Assembly (NCBI GenBank): GCA_002245135.1 | Contig: NGBS01000589.1 | Span: 124,001 to 188,000, forward strand | Reading direction: 5' to 3' | DNA: 64,000 nucleotides | Source: Proteromonas lacertae | Taxonomy: Eukaryota | The notes under the pieces: generated by a model | Seen by the model: only the letters and a program-made list of their open reading frames with translations | What the model was told of the DNA's origin: nothing | The model's database searches: none | Made by a program: the position numbers and the translations under genes | Shown here: positions 14,028 to 26,573 of the stretch, piece by piece | How the letters are laid out: each line of letters starts with the position of its first letter | Numbering within the stretch: the first letter of the stretch is position 1

Positions 14028-15712
14028 ATGAAACCACTTTCACACTTATTGTCTATCAAAAAATATGAAGTATTTTTTATTCTTTTAGTTTTATTACAAT
14101 AGTTGTTGAATGAAAGTGTTTATGAAGGTAAATTACCTAGAGTAAGAGATAAAACAAATGGTTCAAATAAATTACTAAAAATTGTGAATGTGAGAGAGTT
14201 AGATATAAAAGTTGTTGATGAAGTGGTTTTAACAATGAATAAAGTAAATAACATGAATATAGATGGTATAATGAAATATAAAATAATCGAAAATAATGAG
14301 AATATTTTATATAAAGTGATGAGAGAATATAAAACTCACTTAGATGAAATAGACACTTTGAAATACTTTGAAGAAAGTGGTCCATATGAAGTATTAAATG
14401 GAATATTGATTGTATTAAAGTGTTTAAATGAAAATGGAACAATTCATAGTGATTTAAAACCATCTAATATCTTTTTAAATGATGAAAATGAAGTGATTTT
14501 GAGTGATTATTGTAATAATATGTTATTCAAAGGAAGAGAAGGAAAGAAACCTGAGAGAAAAAGAGAAGATCTATGTTTTGTTTGTATAGATGAATTATTG
14601 GGAAAAGAATTAGATATTTTAAGTGATATTTGGAATTTTGGATTAATATTTTATTACATAATGAGTGGTAAATATCCATTTTTTAGTTCAAATATGTTTC
14701 AGACAATGAAGAACATAGAAAATATAAACTATAAACCATTACAATGTGAATATAATAATGAATTAAACTCATTTTTAAGAAAAATACTTGTTAAAGAAAA
14801 GAAAGATCGTTCAGAATTGAATAAAATAATTCATGAACTGAAAAGTATATAATAATATTATTATGATATAATAAAATAGAATTAAATGAACCTCATCTTA
14901 AAGTAGGAGTAATACTTTTGGGAGAAAATAAAAAATGCTATTTATCAGATGAGGATGAATATACAAATAATAATAATCTAGGTCTTAGTTATTATAAAAT
15001 GGTATAATAATGAAAATTTAATGATAAATAGAGTAAATATGAAGAAGCAATTCCATATTATAGAAAAGCATTAGAATATTCTTCATCAGATGAAGATAAA
15101 AGAATAAATAATAGAAATCTTGGTAATTGTTATTATTTTATGGTATATTAATGAAAATATAATAATAAATAGAGTAAATATGAAGAAGCGATTCTATATT
15201 TTAGAAAAGCATTAGAATATTCTTCATCAAATGAAGATAAATCAGATAATTATAGAAATCTTGGTTTTAGTTATTATTTTATGGTATATTTTTAATAATA
15301 CAATGATAAATAGAGTAAATATGAAGAAGCAAATCTATATTATAGAAAAGCATTAGAATATTCTTCATCAGATAAAAATAAATCAGATAATAATCGAAGT
15401 ATTGGTAATTGTTATTATATTATGGTATAATAATAATAGCATAATGATAAATAGAGTAAATATGAAGAAGCAATTCTATATTTTAGAAAAGCATTAGAAT
15501 ATTCTTTATCAAATGAAGATAAATCAGATAATAATCGAAATCTTGGTGATTGTTATTCTAAAATGGTATAATTATGAAAATATAATAATAAATAGAAACA
15601 AAAAGCTAAAGCTAAAGAATATTATGAAATTGCTTTAAAATATCTTAATGATGATGATTCACAAAAGAGAGATAAAATATTTAAACTTCTTAAAGAATTA
15701 AATAATTTATGA
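14028..15712 (+). CDS. Divergent (pseudo)kinase fused to a TPR array
   Basis: IHSDLKPSNIF, LSDY in place of DFG, CIDE in place of APE, SDIWNFG; then 37-aa TPR-like exons (SKYEEAIxYxRKALEY...NLGxxYY) and a cap helix ending in TGA at 15710-15712. Confidence 0.85.
15002..15595 (+). repeat. 141-bp tandem unit = 30-nt intron + 111-nt TPR exon, four units plus a fifth intron
   Basis: Introns 15002-15031, 15143-15172, 15284-15313, 15425-15454, 15566-15595; all phase 0. Confidence 0.9.
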
Positions 15713-15713
15713 A

Positions 15714-16873
15714 CAGGGTTGTATAAATAGGTAACCTATAGGTTATAGGTAAAACCTATAATCTAGCTTTGACCCTTGGTCGGTCAAACCTCGAGCATTA
15801 TTTTGTTAAAATCTATTTTAATTACTTACTGAGTAACATTTGTTTAATACAAACTATCATACTATATAAAAAATTATTCCTGCTTCCTGTTTTACTTTGA
15901 TTGCCATAGTTAGAATAAGATTGGTTGAAATTGTATAAATATCTATACAAATATATTAAAATTCATCTACAAACTACTCAATAGTGATATTTAACATATT
16001 TATAAACAACTTGTTATTTTGATGATTAATTTATATTGATTACTATCTCTAAAAAACAAATATTAATGTAATTATAATAATAAATCTCTATTTCTGGATA
16101 TTAATGATTTGTCTTCAATAAATCTCTTACTTTCTCAGTTTCTGAAAATAAATAAGCATTATAAAACTCTCTTAGAGGTATAATATATCCTAATTTGAAG
16201 CAAAACCTTCTAAATTCTGGCGAGTCTAATATTGTGGTACTGACTGCATTGATGGTTATTAATTTACATAGATCTTTGTTGACAGAATCTGAATTGACTT
16301 TGGCTTTTACCATATGTAATAATCTGAATATTTTATTTTAATCACGTTTTCCAAAACATTTTGAAGTAGTTAAAATGTTACTTCTCTAACATACAGCAAT
16401 TGAATAAATGCACAACTCTATTGATGCGATAGGGGGTAATGTGATATCCCTATGGTTTCATATATTATAAAGTCTTATAAATATTGAGTAATTATACTTC
16501 TAAATGATCAAAATCTTAAAAAATAAAGATTTACTTTGTCAAACCATCAAGCTTGATGTTTTTTTCTTTTATTTTTTTTATTCTATAATTAATTTAATAT
16601 TATGTTAATAATATGTTATTGTGAGTCATCATTGAGAAATAGATCAAAATAATAGTAATATAAAAAGTGCATCGACTGACGGTCAAATTTGATATTTGAA
16701 AGATGATGTATAAAACATTAATTTTGTATATATGGTTAGATTATATGCTTGTTAACTCATGTTCAATAGGAGGTCAACTAATAGTTAGTATAAGGAAGGT
16801 AAAGGTCAAGCTAAAGATATAGGTTTTGACCTATAGGTAAACCTATATTTTTTGACCGAAAAATACAACACTG
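15714..16873 (-). mobile_element. Non-autonomous hAT-superfamily DNA transposon (1160 bp)
   Basis: TIRs CAGGGTTGTAT / ATACAACACTG; 8-bp TSD TTTATGAA at 15706-15713 and 16874-16881; subterminal TAGGT/ACCTA and GGTCAA/TTGACC repeats; hAT transposase fragment inside. Confidence 0.9.
16101..16313 (-). pseudogene. hAT transposase fragment
   Basis: DLCKLITINAVSTTILDSPEFRRFCFKLGYIIPLR matches the hAT dimerisation-region pattern (L.f.ivE.pgFr.l....Y.iPsR); truncated, no catalytic domain. Confidence 0.7.
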
Positions 16874-16976
16874 TTTATGAACAATATATTATTTAATCTG
16901 TTGTTTAATAAAATAAAAATAAAAATAAAAATAACACAATAATCATCTTTATTAGGTATAAACAATTATAAAAACT

Positions 16977-18087
16977 TTAGTTTGTGTAAAAATCCATAAT
17001 TTCTATTTAAATAATAAACATAATAAAACAAATATATACTTTTACATATTTCACAAATTGGAATAACAGATATACTATCAGAATTATTAATAATTGCTAC
17101 ACCATTCTCTCCAGCTTTCAATAAATCAGTATCTAAAGGAATTACACCTAAATAATTAATATTATAATCTTGAGCCATTTTAATAGCACCACCTGAAGCA
17201 GAAGATGGGAAAATATCCATTCTCACTTTACAATTCAAATAGGAAGTAAGTAATCCTTTAATTGTCTCAGTTATATCGTTATTCATACCATCTACGAAAT
17301 GACAATTTTCAATTTTTGCATCATAGGCACCCATATTTTCAATCACTCCAATTACACCCAAATCTGATCTTTTACAGAAATTCAATTCTTTTCTTACATC
17401 ACTTAATGCAACTTCTTGTGGTGTTGTTACTACTACAGCGTTTACATTTGTTACTTCCTTTAACAATTGAACAGTTGAGATATGTTCATCTGATGTTCCT
17501 GGTGGAGTATCAATAATTAAATATTCTAATTCGCCCCAATCTACATCCATTAAGAATTGTTTGATTAAACCGTGTTTACGTGGTCCTCTCCATATAACAG
17601 CATCATCTTCATGAGGTAACATGAAACCAATTGACATGACGTGAACATAATCAAGATCAACTGTGTTCCAACCTGAACCTGATTGTGATATCTCTGAACC
17701 TTTGAGGTTTGTCATTGTTGGAATACTTGGGCCACAAATATCAAGATCTAATAAACCAACATTTTTATGATATTGAGTTCCGAGGGTGAAAGCTAATTGT
17801 GTTGACACTGTGCTTTTTCCTACACCACCTTTCCCGGATAATACTATGATGGTGTGTTTAATACTCTCAAATCTCTTTTTGATTTGCTCAATATCTAGAT
17901 ATATAGATATTTAAAGTATAATACCTGGATCTACACCTCTATTCTTACCAGCTGCACAATTTGCTTGGTTTGGACAACCTGCACATGCTGCAACTTTACC
18001 AGCCTGTCCTGAATGCAACCCAACACAGTCTATTTCAATGTATAATCAATCAATACTGTTATTGGCGTCTACTGGAACATCACTCAT
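16977..18087 (-). CDS. NBP35: Cytosolic Fe-S cluster assembly factor Nbp35/NUBP1
   Basis: N-terminal C...AGKVAACAGCPNQANC, SGKGGVGKSTVS, DLDICGPSIP, IWRGPRK, DTPPGTSDEH, TTPQEVALSDVRKE. Confidence 0.95.
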
Positions 18088-18193
18088 TAATGCAATGAAG
18101 AGAAAAAAAGAGAAAAAAAGAGAAATATAAAAGCACGTGTCAAACTAAGTTTGAGATACTGACTTTATTTTTTCTTTATTTCAAACAAGTTTG

Positions 18194-18830
18194 ATGTTTT
18201 GTTTTTCAAAATCTCATCAATTACTAAATAAAATAAAGTATTCTTATTATAATGTGTCTAATTTAGTCCAATATTTTGCAAAAGACTTATTGGAAAGCTC
18301 AGAACAGGAAATGATTGTAGATTAGTACCAGGAGAACAGTATAAAAGATTACCATCAGGTATGTTTGTTGGTTATATAATATTATCTAGGTGTTCAATAC
18401 ATTGATTTAAAAGTTGGAACTGGTAAAATGCCACAAGTAGGTGATATAGTTAATGTTCATCATAAAGGTAGATTTTTAAATGGTAAGAAAATACCAAATG
18501 CCGATTCTTATGTTGTTGGAAGTCCATTAACCTTTAAAGCAGGTTTAGGATGGGTGATTGAAGCTTGGGATGATGCAGTATTGACAATGAAAGAAGGTGG
18601 AAAGAGAAAGATTATAGCTACACCAGATAAAGCGTATTTATATTAATTTATGAATATTTATAGTTTTGGAGATGAAGGTACTGAATTTATTCCACCCAAT
18701 ACAGTATATATACATATATATTTAAATTATAAATAAATAATTATAAATTATAGACTTTAATTTACGAATTAGACTTAGTGTTAGTTGGAAGACAATTTGA
18801 TCCTGATAAAGACCTTATTCAACATGATTA
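18194..18830 (+). CDS. FKBP-type peptidyl-prolyl isomerase with basic N-terminal extension (possible organelle targeting)
   Basis: GVQYIDLKVGTG, VGDIVNVHHKGRFLNG, GWVIEAWDDAVLTMKEGGKRKII, IPPNT.LIYELDL. Confidence 0.88.
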
Positions 18831-19275
18831 ATTTATTTATTACTATGTTTCACTGTTTTTTAAACCTAAACATAATAAAATATGAGATATTTTATAAAAA
18901 ACAAAACAATATAGATTAATATATATTTCTTTTTGTTCAGCCAATGGATATTTCCTCATTATAAATAGGAATTACTAATTTATCTATCATTACAAAAAAT
19001 TAATATAATGTGCTCAAGATAAGAATTGTCTTCATTACGAATTAAGAGTAATTCTAGAATTAACTTTCATTGCACATATTTAATAGGATCAGAAAGATAT
19101 ATACATTACGAAAAATGCAAATAAATGAAAAATGCCATTTGAAACGAATATATTCAATTCAAACCATCATTCAAACTATTATTTCAAAATAAACACACAA
19201 ACACAACAAATAAAAACAATTAAAAGATTTTAAACAAAATATAAATTAATTATACATATTTATTTGTATATATAT

Positions 19276-21118
19276 TTAATCAAAAGTATCTTCCAAACCC
19301 ATTTCTTCTTCTAACTCACTTTTCATATCTTCCAATCTCTCTAAAACAATATGAAAGTCAGGTCTACTCTTAGGATTTTGTGCCCACATATCACTCATCA
19401 ATTCCCAAAATTTCTCAGGACAGTACTCTATCTTATCAGGTCTAAGATATCCTCTTGACACATTGGCTAAAATCATATTTGGATCCATAATATCAGGGTA
19501 AGGTTCATCCCATTGCATCATTTCCCACATTACAATACTAAAACTATATACATCACTAGGACAATCGAATCCTTCACCTAATAATATCTCAGGAGCTACC
19601 CATAATGGTGATCCAGCTTTACTTCTCGTTCTATCATCCAAATATCGACTTAAACCAAAATCAGCTATTTTTGCATTCCAATAATCATCAATTAATAAAT
19701 TTGGACTTTTAATATCTCTATGAATAAGTGGTGGATTGAGTGTATGTAAATATAACATTCCTTTTGCGCCATCTATTGACAATTTATAACATAATAAAAT
19801 ATGACTTTTTAAATCTTTTGGTTTAGGCATATGATGATACATTTGATGAAAACTTCCTCTTGGTAATAATTCTGTCAACATAAACATTTCAACATTATTA
19901 GTGGTTAAACCTAAAAATAATACAATATTTGGATGTCTTAATGAAGCCATTAATCTACATTCTCTATAAAATGCATCGATTATTTTCTTATCACTTTTTA
20001 TAACCACTTTTTTAGCAGCAACTGTAATATCACCATATTTACCTTCATACACTGTCGCATAAGCACCTTCACCAAGTATTGGTCCTAATTGTAACTGTTT
20101 AAATGACAAGTTCGGCTTGTCACCTGTATTATCAATATCATGTGGATATATGACTTGCAAATCTCTATCAACATCTCCTAATTCACTACTAATAACTTCT
20201 TCTAATCCATCTGCTAAGTTATGAAATGAAGGTCTTTTAGAAGCATCAGTTAACCAACATTGTCTCATTGTTACCATCACTTCGCTCAATTCATCATAAG
20301 GACAGTCTAATTCTACATCTTGATCAGGTTTATAACCTTTTACTATTTTCATTGCCAATGAATTATCAACTAATTCACCAAATGGTATTTCATGAAACAT
20401 CATTTCGTATAATAACATACCAAAACTATAAATATCACTTTTCTCTGTGATTTGTTCATCTACAATCACTTCTGGAGCTAACCATGGTAAATCTTTACTA
20501 CCAGCTCCTTGATCTATCTCTCCACCCATAATATCTATCAAATTAATTACTCCATATTCACATATCTTTACATGCCAATCGTTCTTGCTGATATGTATAA
20601 CTTGAGATGACAAATGTCGATGACTAATTGCAGTAGACAAACCATATAAATGGCTCATTCCTATTGCAATATCTAATGACATTTGCAATACTAAACTCCA
20701 ATGTAATACTTGAGATTTTGTATATAAAACATTATCTAATGTATCCATGTAAGAACTTGCATCCCATAATATAATGGCAGGATTGATAGATATTCCACTA
20801 AATAGAACTAATTTCGGATGACGAACTACTGATAACATCATTGTATATACGTTGAATTGTACATCAATTGTAGTTGGAACAAAATCTAATTTCTATTTAT
20901 TATTATTATTATTATTATAAGTAAATAATAGTAATAATTTATACTTGAACTATCATTGCTCTATCATCATAAGTTGCTTTGTATAATGTTCCTGTTGTTC
21001 CTCTATTAATAATAATAAAAAAGAAAATAATAATAATTATACTGACTTATTTCACTATTCAATTGAATTCTATCTGGATCAATACTTATCTTTGGATTGA
21101 TAAAACTACACACTGGGC

Positions 21119-21149
<31 letters not shown>

Positions 21150-22121
21150 TTCATTATTCGTAGATCGATTTCTCAATTGTTTTGTTCCTTTCACTATCAT
21201 TGATAAACTATCATATTCACTCTTCATTTCTCTTTTTACATAAAATTTCTTTCTCAAATCCAATTCATTCTTATTCATAGCATATTGAAACATGAAAGTG
21301 ACGAAGATTAAATAAACGAAATTTTCAAAGTATTCGGTGTCAAATTTACCTGTTATCATGAACAATAAACCATATGCAACAATTCTATATATAATAAATA
21401 CTATTATAATATACGTAGCTAAACCAATTACAGTAATTGATAAAATTGATGTATAATTATGAATTAATATCAATAATAATATTACCACATAGGAACAAAC
21501 ATCTTGCCAGTTTAAATAGATGAAATATATCTCACTCAATACTAAAAATCATATAATTATATGAAATATACTTGGAAAAAACACTTGTATCATTAACACA
21601 GCATTACTTTGATAATGATCAACTACATAATACTTAAGATAACGTTTATTTAGAGGAACTCTATGAGATTAACAAAGAAATATTCATACACAATCTGTAT
21701 GATGAAACTAATTATTAGAATTGTAATCATTACTATTGATGCTGTTAAATTTTTAGATCTATTCGAATCAATTATTACATAAACAACAATTAACCTCACA
21801 ATTTCAAAAGCTAATAATATATTGTACATAAGAAGTAGTCCACGATAATAGTAAATCTCATGGTTTCTATATTCTATTTCCAGCCTATTCAAAATATTGT
21901 TTACTAACATACTCTTCATTAGCAAACTTACATGCTCTGATACTCGTCAATTCTTCATCATAATCACCTTCTATTGTTTCATTTCCTGTTAGTTTATCAA
22001 ACAGCGATTGTCTTTTACTTCTATCAATAATAAACTTGCCATTATACGGTTTTTGTCTAATAGGAGGCTCTGCATCATATGATCTCAACTCTTCATAATT
22101 ATTGTCTTCTTCCTCACGCAT
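19276..22121 (-). CDS. Multi-pass membrane protein with tandem TKL kinase domains (pseudokinase + intact kinase)
   Basis: Several hydrophobic helices at 21270-21840; domain 1 HRHLSSQV/ICEYG; domain 2 GEGAYATV, HRDIKSPN, ADFGLS, WVAPE. Confidence 0.85.
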
Positions 22122-22229
22122 TTATTCAGAAAAACGATTAAAATCAAGCTTTTAAGTTTGACTTTTCTTCAATTCTATTTTGACAAATGTCTTTTTTCAC
22201 AACAAACAATCAATAATACATAAATATAA

Positions 22230-25200
22230 TTATTCAATTTTAGACATAGCAAGTGAGACTGAATAAGTTTTAAAATTAGATTCTGCAGCATAAGCACTAC
22301 TATTTAGTTGTGGTAATTTTACATTATCACCTATCTCATCTAACAAACTCTTCATTGTATTTCTATAAGAATTCAATGTCATATCATTCTTACATAATCT
22401 GAATTAAAAATAAAACCAAATTATTTAGTAAATAAAATACATATAAAAAAGATATATTCCTATTGATTTAGTGATATTTCCAAACAATAAACTCATTTCT
22501 CTCTTATCAAAAGATGGTTCTATTCCTTCTAAAGATGCTAAAAACTCATCACGATTAATAAATCCATCTTTATCACTATCAACTTCAATGAATCTACAAA
22601 TAATCCACTTTTGTTGATATTTTGATTTATCTTGATAATGATATTCATCTAATATTGATTTTATCATATTTGTCATTGTTATCCAGGTTTCTTCACTATT
22701 CTTTATATATTTATTAAATATATTTATTGGCTTTGTTATATCTCTTATTCTTCTTAACATTGGTTCAATAGGATGGTCTATTATATCATCTGTTTTACTC
22801 AAGCCAAATAATGTTCGAATTGTCATATTTACTCTTTCATATGATAAATATTCCTTATTAAACTCACCATCAACATTACTAAATATATATCCATCAGATA
22901 TTAATCTACATAGCCTACGAATATGCAATATTCTACTCAAATCTCTTGGACTTATCGTTTCTTCCAATATTTCTGAGAAGAAGTTGATTTCTTCACTCAT
23001 TTCACGATAACTACATAAACTATATATTAAATCTACTATATGTTGATCTACTAGCTTTTTAAAACCATATTTACTGTGGAATATCTTGTAGATTATATCA
23101 CCTAATCTTGTGTAATTACTATATTCATCTATCTCGAATGTATCACCTGACATTACTCTTCTAAACTCATTTTGAGTTATATTCAACTATTTACAATATA
23201 GAATAATTAATAAAGATGATTATAATATTATATACATCTTTTCTTAATGTGAATAACTTATCATCTTCAAATAGACTTTGTTCAACTTCTATCACTCCAT
23301 TTCCGATCGTTCCTTCTGCTCTATGATTCAACATAAACTTGTTAAATTCATTATTTGCTAAATCATCTAATGTTGATCTTATAAACTCTAATAATTTATT
23401 CATTTTCATTGGACCACGAATATGTAAACCTTCAGAATAAACATCAATTTTATTACTCAAATAACAATTGGTTAAATTATTCTCTAATATTTTAGGCCAT
23501 CTAAATGCTTTTCCTTTTGGTTTCCTTGGTTCTTTTGGTATTACATTATCATTATAAATATCTGAAGACATTGAATCAAGTGTATTACTAGTAACATTTC
23601 CATTTGCATTTGTTGTTGTTGTTGTGTGTTTTATATTCTTCTTTACTTCATCTATTCCTTCTTTCCAACCACTAAACTTATCTATTCATTATTATATATT
23701 ATTGTATATAATTTATACTTGTAGAATCATTATAAAATGGAGCTTTAAGTCTTTGTATCTGTTTTTCAACAGCTTTAATCTGAGGAAACATTTCATTCTT
23801 TGTTTCTGTTGAATTTTCACTATTCCTCAACAATTCATTTAATAATTTCAATTTTCTTTCAAATCTATTTTATAATAATAATAATATAAAAGTAATATAT
23901 TTATATATATACAACTCTAACATTTCACCAGGACTCATCAAATCTATATTCTTATTATTGTCATATTTTATTCCACGATTAGGAATGGCAGTATCATTCA
24001 ATTCCATATATTCACCTAATGGTATGTTACTATCATAATTATAACCACCTTTACTTCCGATTTTCAGATCATTTGGTTTATCATTCATTCTATTCTGTTG
24101 CTCTTGTTGTTGCTGTTGTCGTTGTTGATTATCACTATTCTTATCATCTCTTGATTCTTTATTATCTTTACTGTGATGTTGCTTCTTTTTATTATACTGT
24201 TTTGATGGATTATATTCAATATTTTCATCATTTTCATTATATTCATCATCATCATCATCATTATCAGTATTATCATTATCATTTCTATATTCTTTGTCAC
24301 TTGGAGATAGTCTTCTTTTACGAAGTGATGATTTTCTACTACTACTTCGACTATTACTACCACTTCTGTAAGGTTTTGCTAAATTATTCACTTTTCCATT
24401 CTTATTTCCTACATATTTACTTACTATTACTTTATTATTCTTTGATTTTTTACCCCACATTATTGGACTACAACTTACTTCTATCATATCTGGTTTTATA
24501 TAATTTTCACCACCTTTTATTACTTTACCACTTGTATTATACTCACATACACTATCACCTGCTTGAATACTTGATTCATTGCTTATTATTCCATTCTTAT
24601 CATTTCTTCTACCTTTCATATTCTTTCTGTTATTATAATTATTTGTCTTTATATTTAATGGTTTGAAGTTACTTGCACTATTCTTATTGTTTATTTCTTT
24701 TAATTCTACTTTTTCAAATGTTGTCTGCTCTTCACATTCAGGAATTAAAGCTGATGGTAGCGGTTTAATATCAGATTCTTCAATCCTTTCAAAATCAAAT
24801 ATATTACTATTCTGTTTCACTTTCTTCATTCCTTTCTTTGATTTATATAAAGACCAATATTTTTGAATAATAAATGCACTTTTACTTTCTAATCTTTTCT
24901 GTTTTTGAACTTGTTCATATGATATTTGTATACCATTTTTACCATTCTCATCCTCATCCTCATTTCCATATATGTCTGGTCTATATCCATCATCATCTTC
25001 ATCCAATTTATTCTCATTTAAATATTCAGTCTCTTTTCTCTCATGCAATATATGTAATCCACCATCTTTACTTGCTATAAATTCATTTTCTTTTAATGCT
25101 TTCTTGGCATGCTTAATGGCTAACATCTTTTCATATTTCTTTCTTTCCAAATAACCTCTCATTAACGATTGGATTGTGATTGCTGCTGATAATTTCTTTA

Positions 25201-26089
25201 ATGCAATATCTGCATATTTTGACAAATGTTTCAACTTCACTAATTGGTTTACATCCATTTCTTTTTGTTTTCTTTCTGTTAGTAGATCTTCGTGTAGTTT
25301 ATCTCTTTCTTGTCTTACTTTCTTTAATACATCTCCTAAATAACTCAATTCTTTTTCTTGTTTATTTATTAAAGCTTCATTTTCTTTAATTCGATTTTCC
25401 ATTGATTTTTCTTCATCAAAACATAACCTCATCTCATTGAATGAAAACTGTAGTGCTTTTAATAAATAGGTTATTACACTTGACATTCGATTTCTTAATG
25501 AATTAATTACTTCACCTCTTTCTCTACATTGAATTGTTACTTGACGAATTACTTCATCAAAACATACATCATACACTTTCTGCTCTTCTCTTAATTGCGT
25601 TAATATGTCGGTAAATAGTTCTTGAATGTTTATGTTCAGATTATCTTCTTCAAATTCAGGTCTTTCAGGTAATTCACAGATTAATCTGTTCATCATTCGT
25701 TTTAAATAAATAGCTTCATCTCGACTAGTTGGCTCTAATGAAGGACTTATGAATTCTTCTATAACACTAGACGTTGTAAAATCTCTTGCTAATTTTACTT
25801 CATCACTTGATACTTTTTCAGGTGAACATTCCAATGGCCTTAGTGATCTTAAATGATTAAATCTTTTAGATGCTCTGGCACTATTCCACACTCCATCAGG
25901 TCTTCTAGGTGTTTTGCCGTTTATAAATACAGTGTGAGATCTAGAGTCCAGCACCTTTCTAGGACTCAACATCTGTAAAGGTACATGTGTAATATGAGTG
26001 GGAGATTTTGGTTGTAGTTGACTTACTATTGAACCAGGTATATAATCTCTTCTTTCATTATTTTCTGGTATTTTTATTTCAATATTCAT
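22230..26089 (-). CDS. Axonemal dynein light chain-domain protein with IQ motifs and C-terminal EF-hand
   Basis: EQKVYDVCFDEVIRQVTIQCRERGEVI (Ax_dynein_light pattern), AAITIQSLMRGYLERK (IQ), DSDKDGFINRDEF (EF-hand); exons join in frame. Confidence 0.78.
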
Positions 26090-26573
26090 CTAAATTCCTT
26101 TATAAATAAAAAAAAAAAATAAAAACAGTCAAATATGTTTGATATAAATTGTGTGGTGTAATAGTTGAACTATTACTATTCAATAACAGGTTTTTAAATG
26201 TAATATAAGTAAATTGTAAGTATACTAAAAATATACAACATTATGTTAATAAAATAGTAAAACTATTTAGACAATGTCTTTTTAATGGTTGGTATATAAT
26301 ATATAATCTTATTTTATTTCTTTAATTCAACAAAATATGATATTTTTATATTCATGTATGTTATTTGACATAATTGGAGTTAATTCTATGGTTTAATATT
26401 ATGGATTGATTATTGTTCATAATTATTGCTGTAGAATATACTTATAAGTTCTAGATTTTTCTCGAATTAAGATTAAACTATTAGAATAATTATTGATTTA
26501 AAAGAAAAGATTTGTAAGTTAGCTTGAGAGAGAATGCGATTAAATCAGATATTGCATTTGTGTTTCCTGATTA

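Noticed and set aside
15002..15595. CRISPR-like repeat-spacer appearance
   Set aside because: The repeats are TPR-coding exons and the 30-nt spacers are GT-AG introns
24019..25389. Antisense ORFs rich in Y/H/L/F (also 37367-37652, 47438-48013, 55882-57579, 62005-63000)
   Set aside because: Shadow frames of low-complexity coding sequence on the opposite strand
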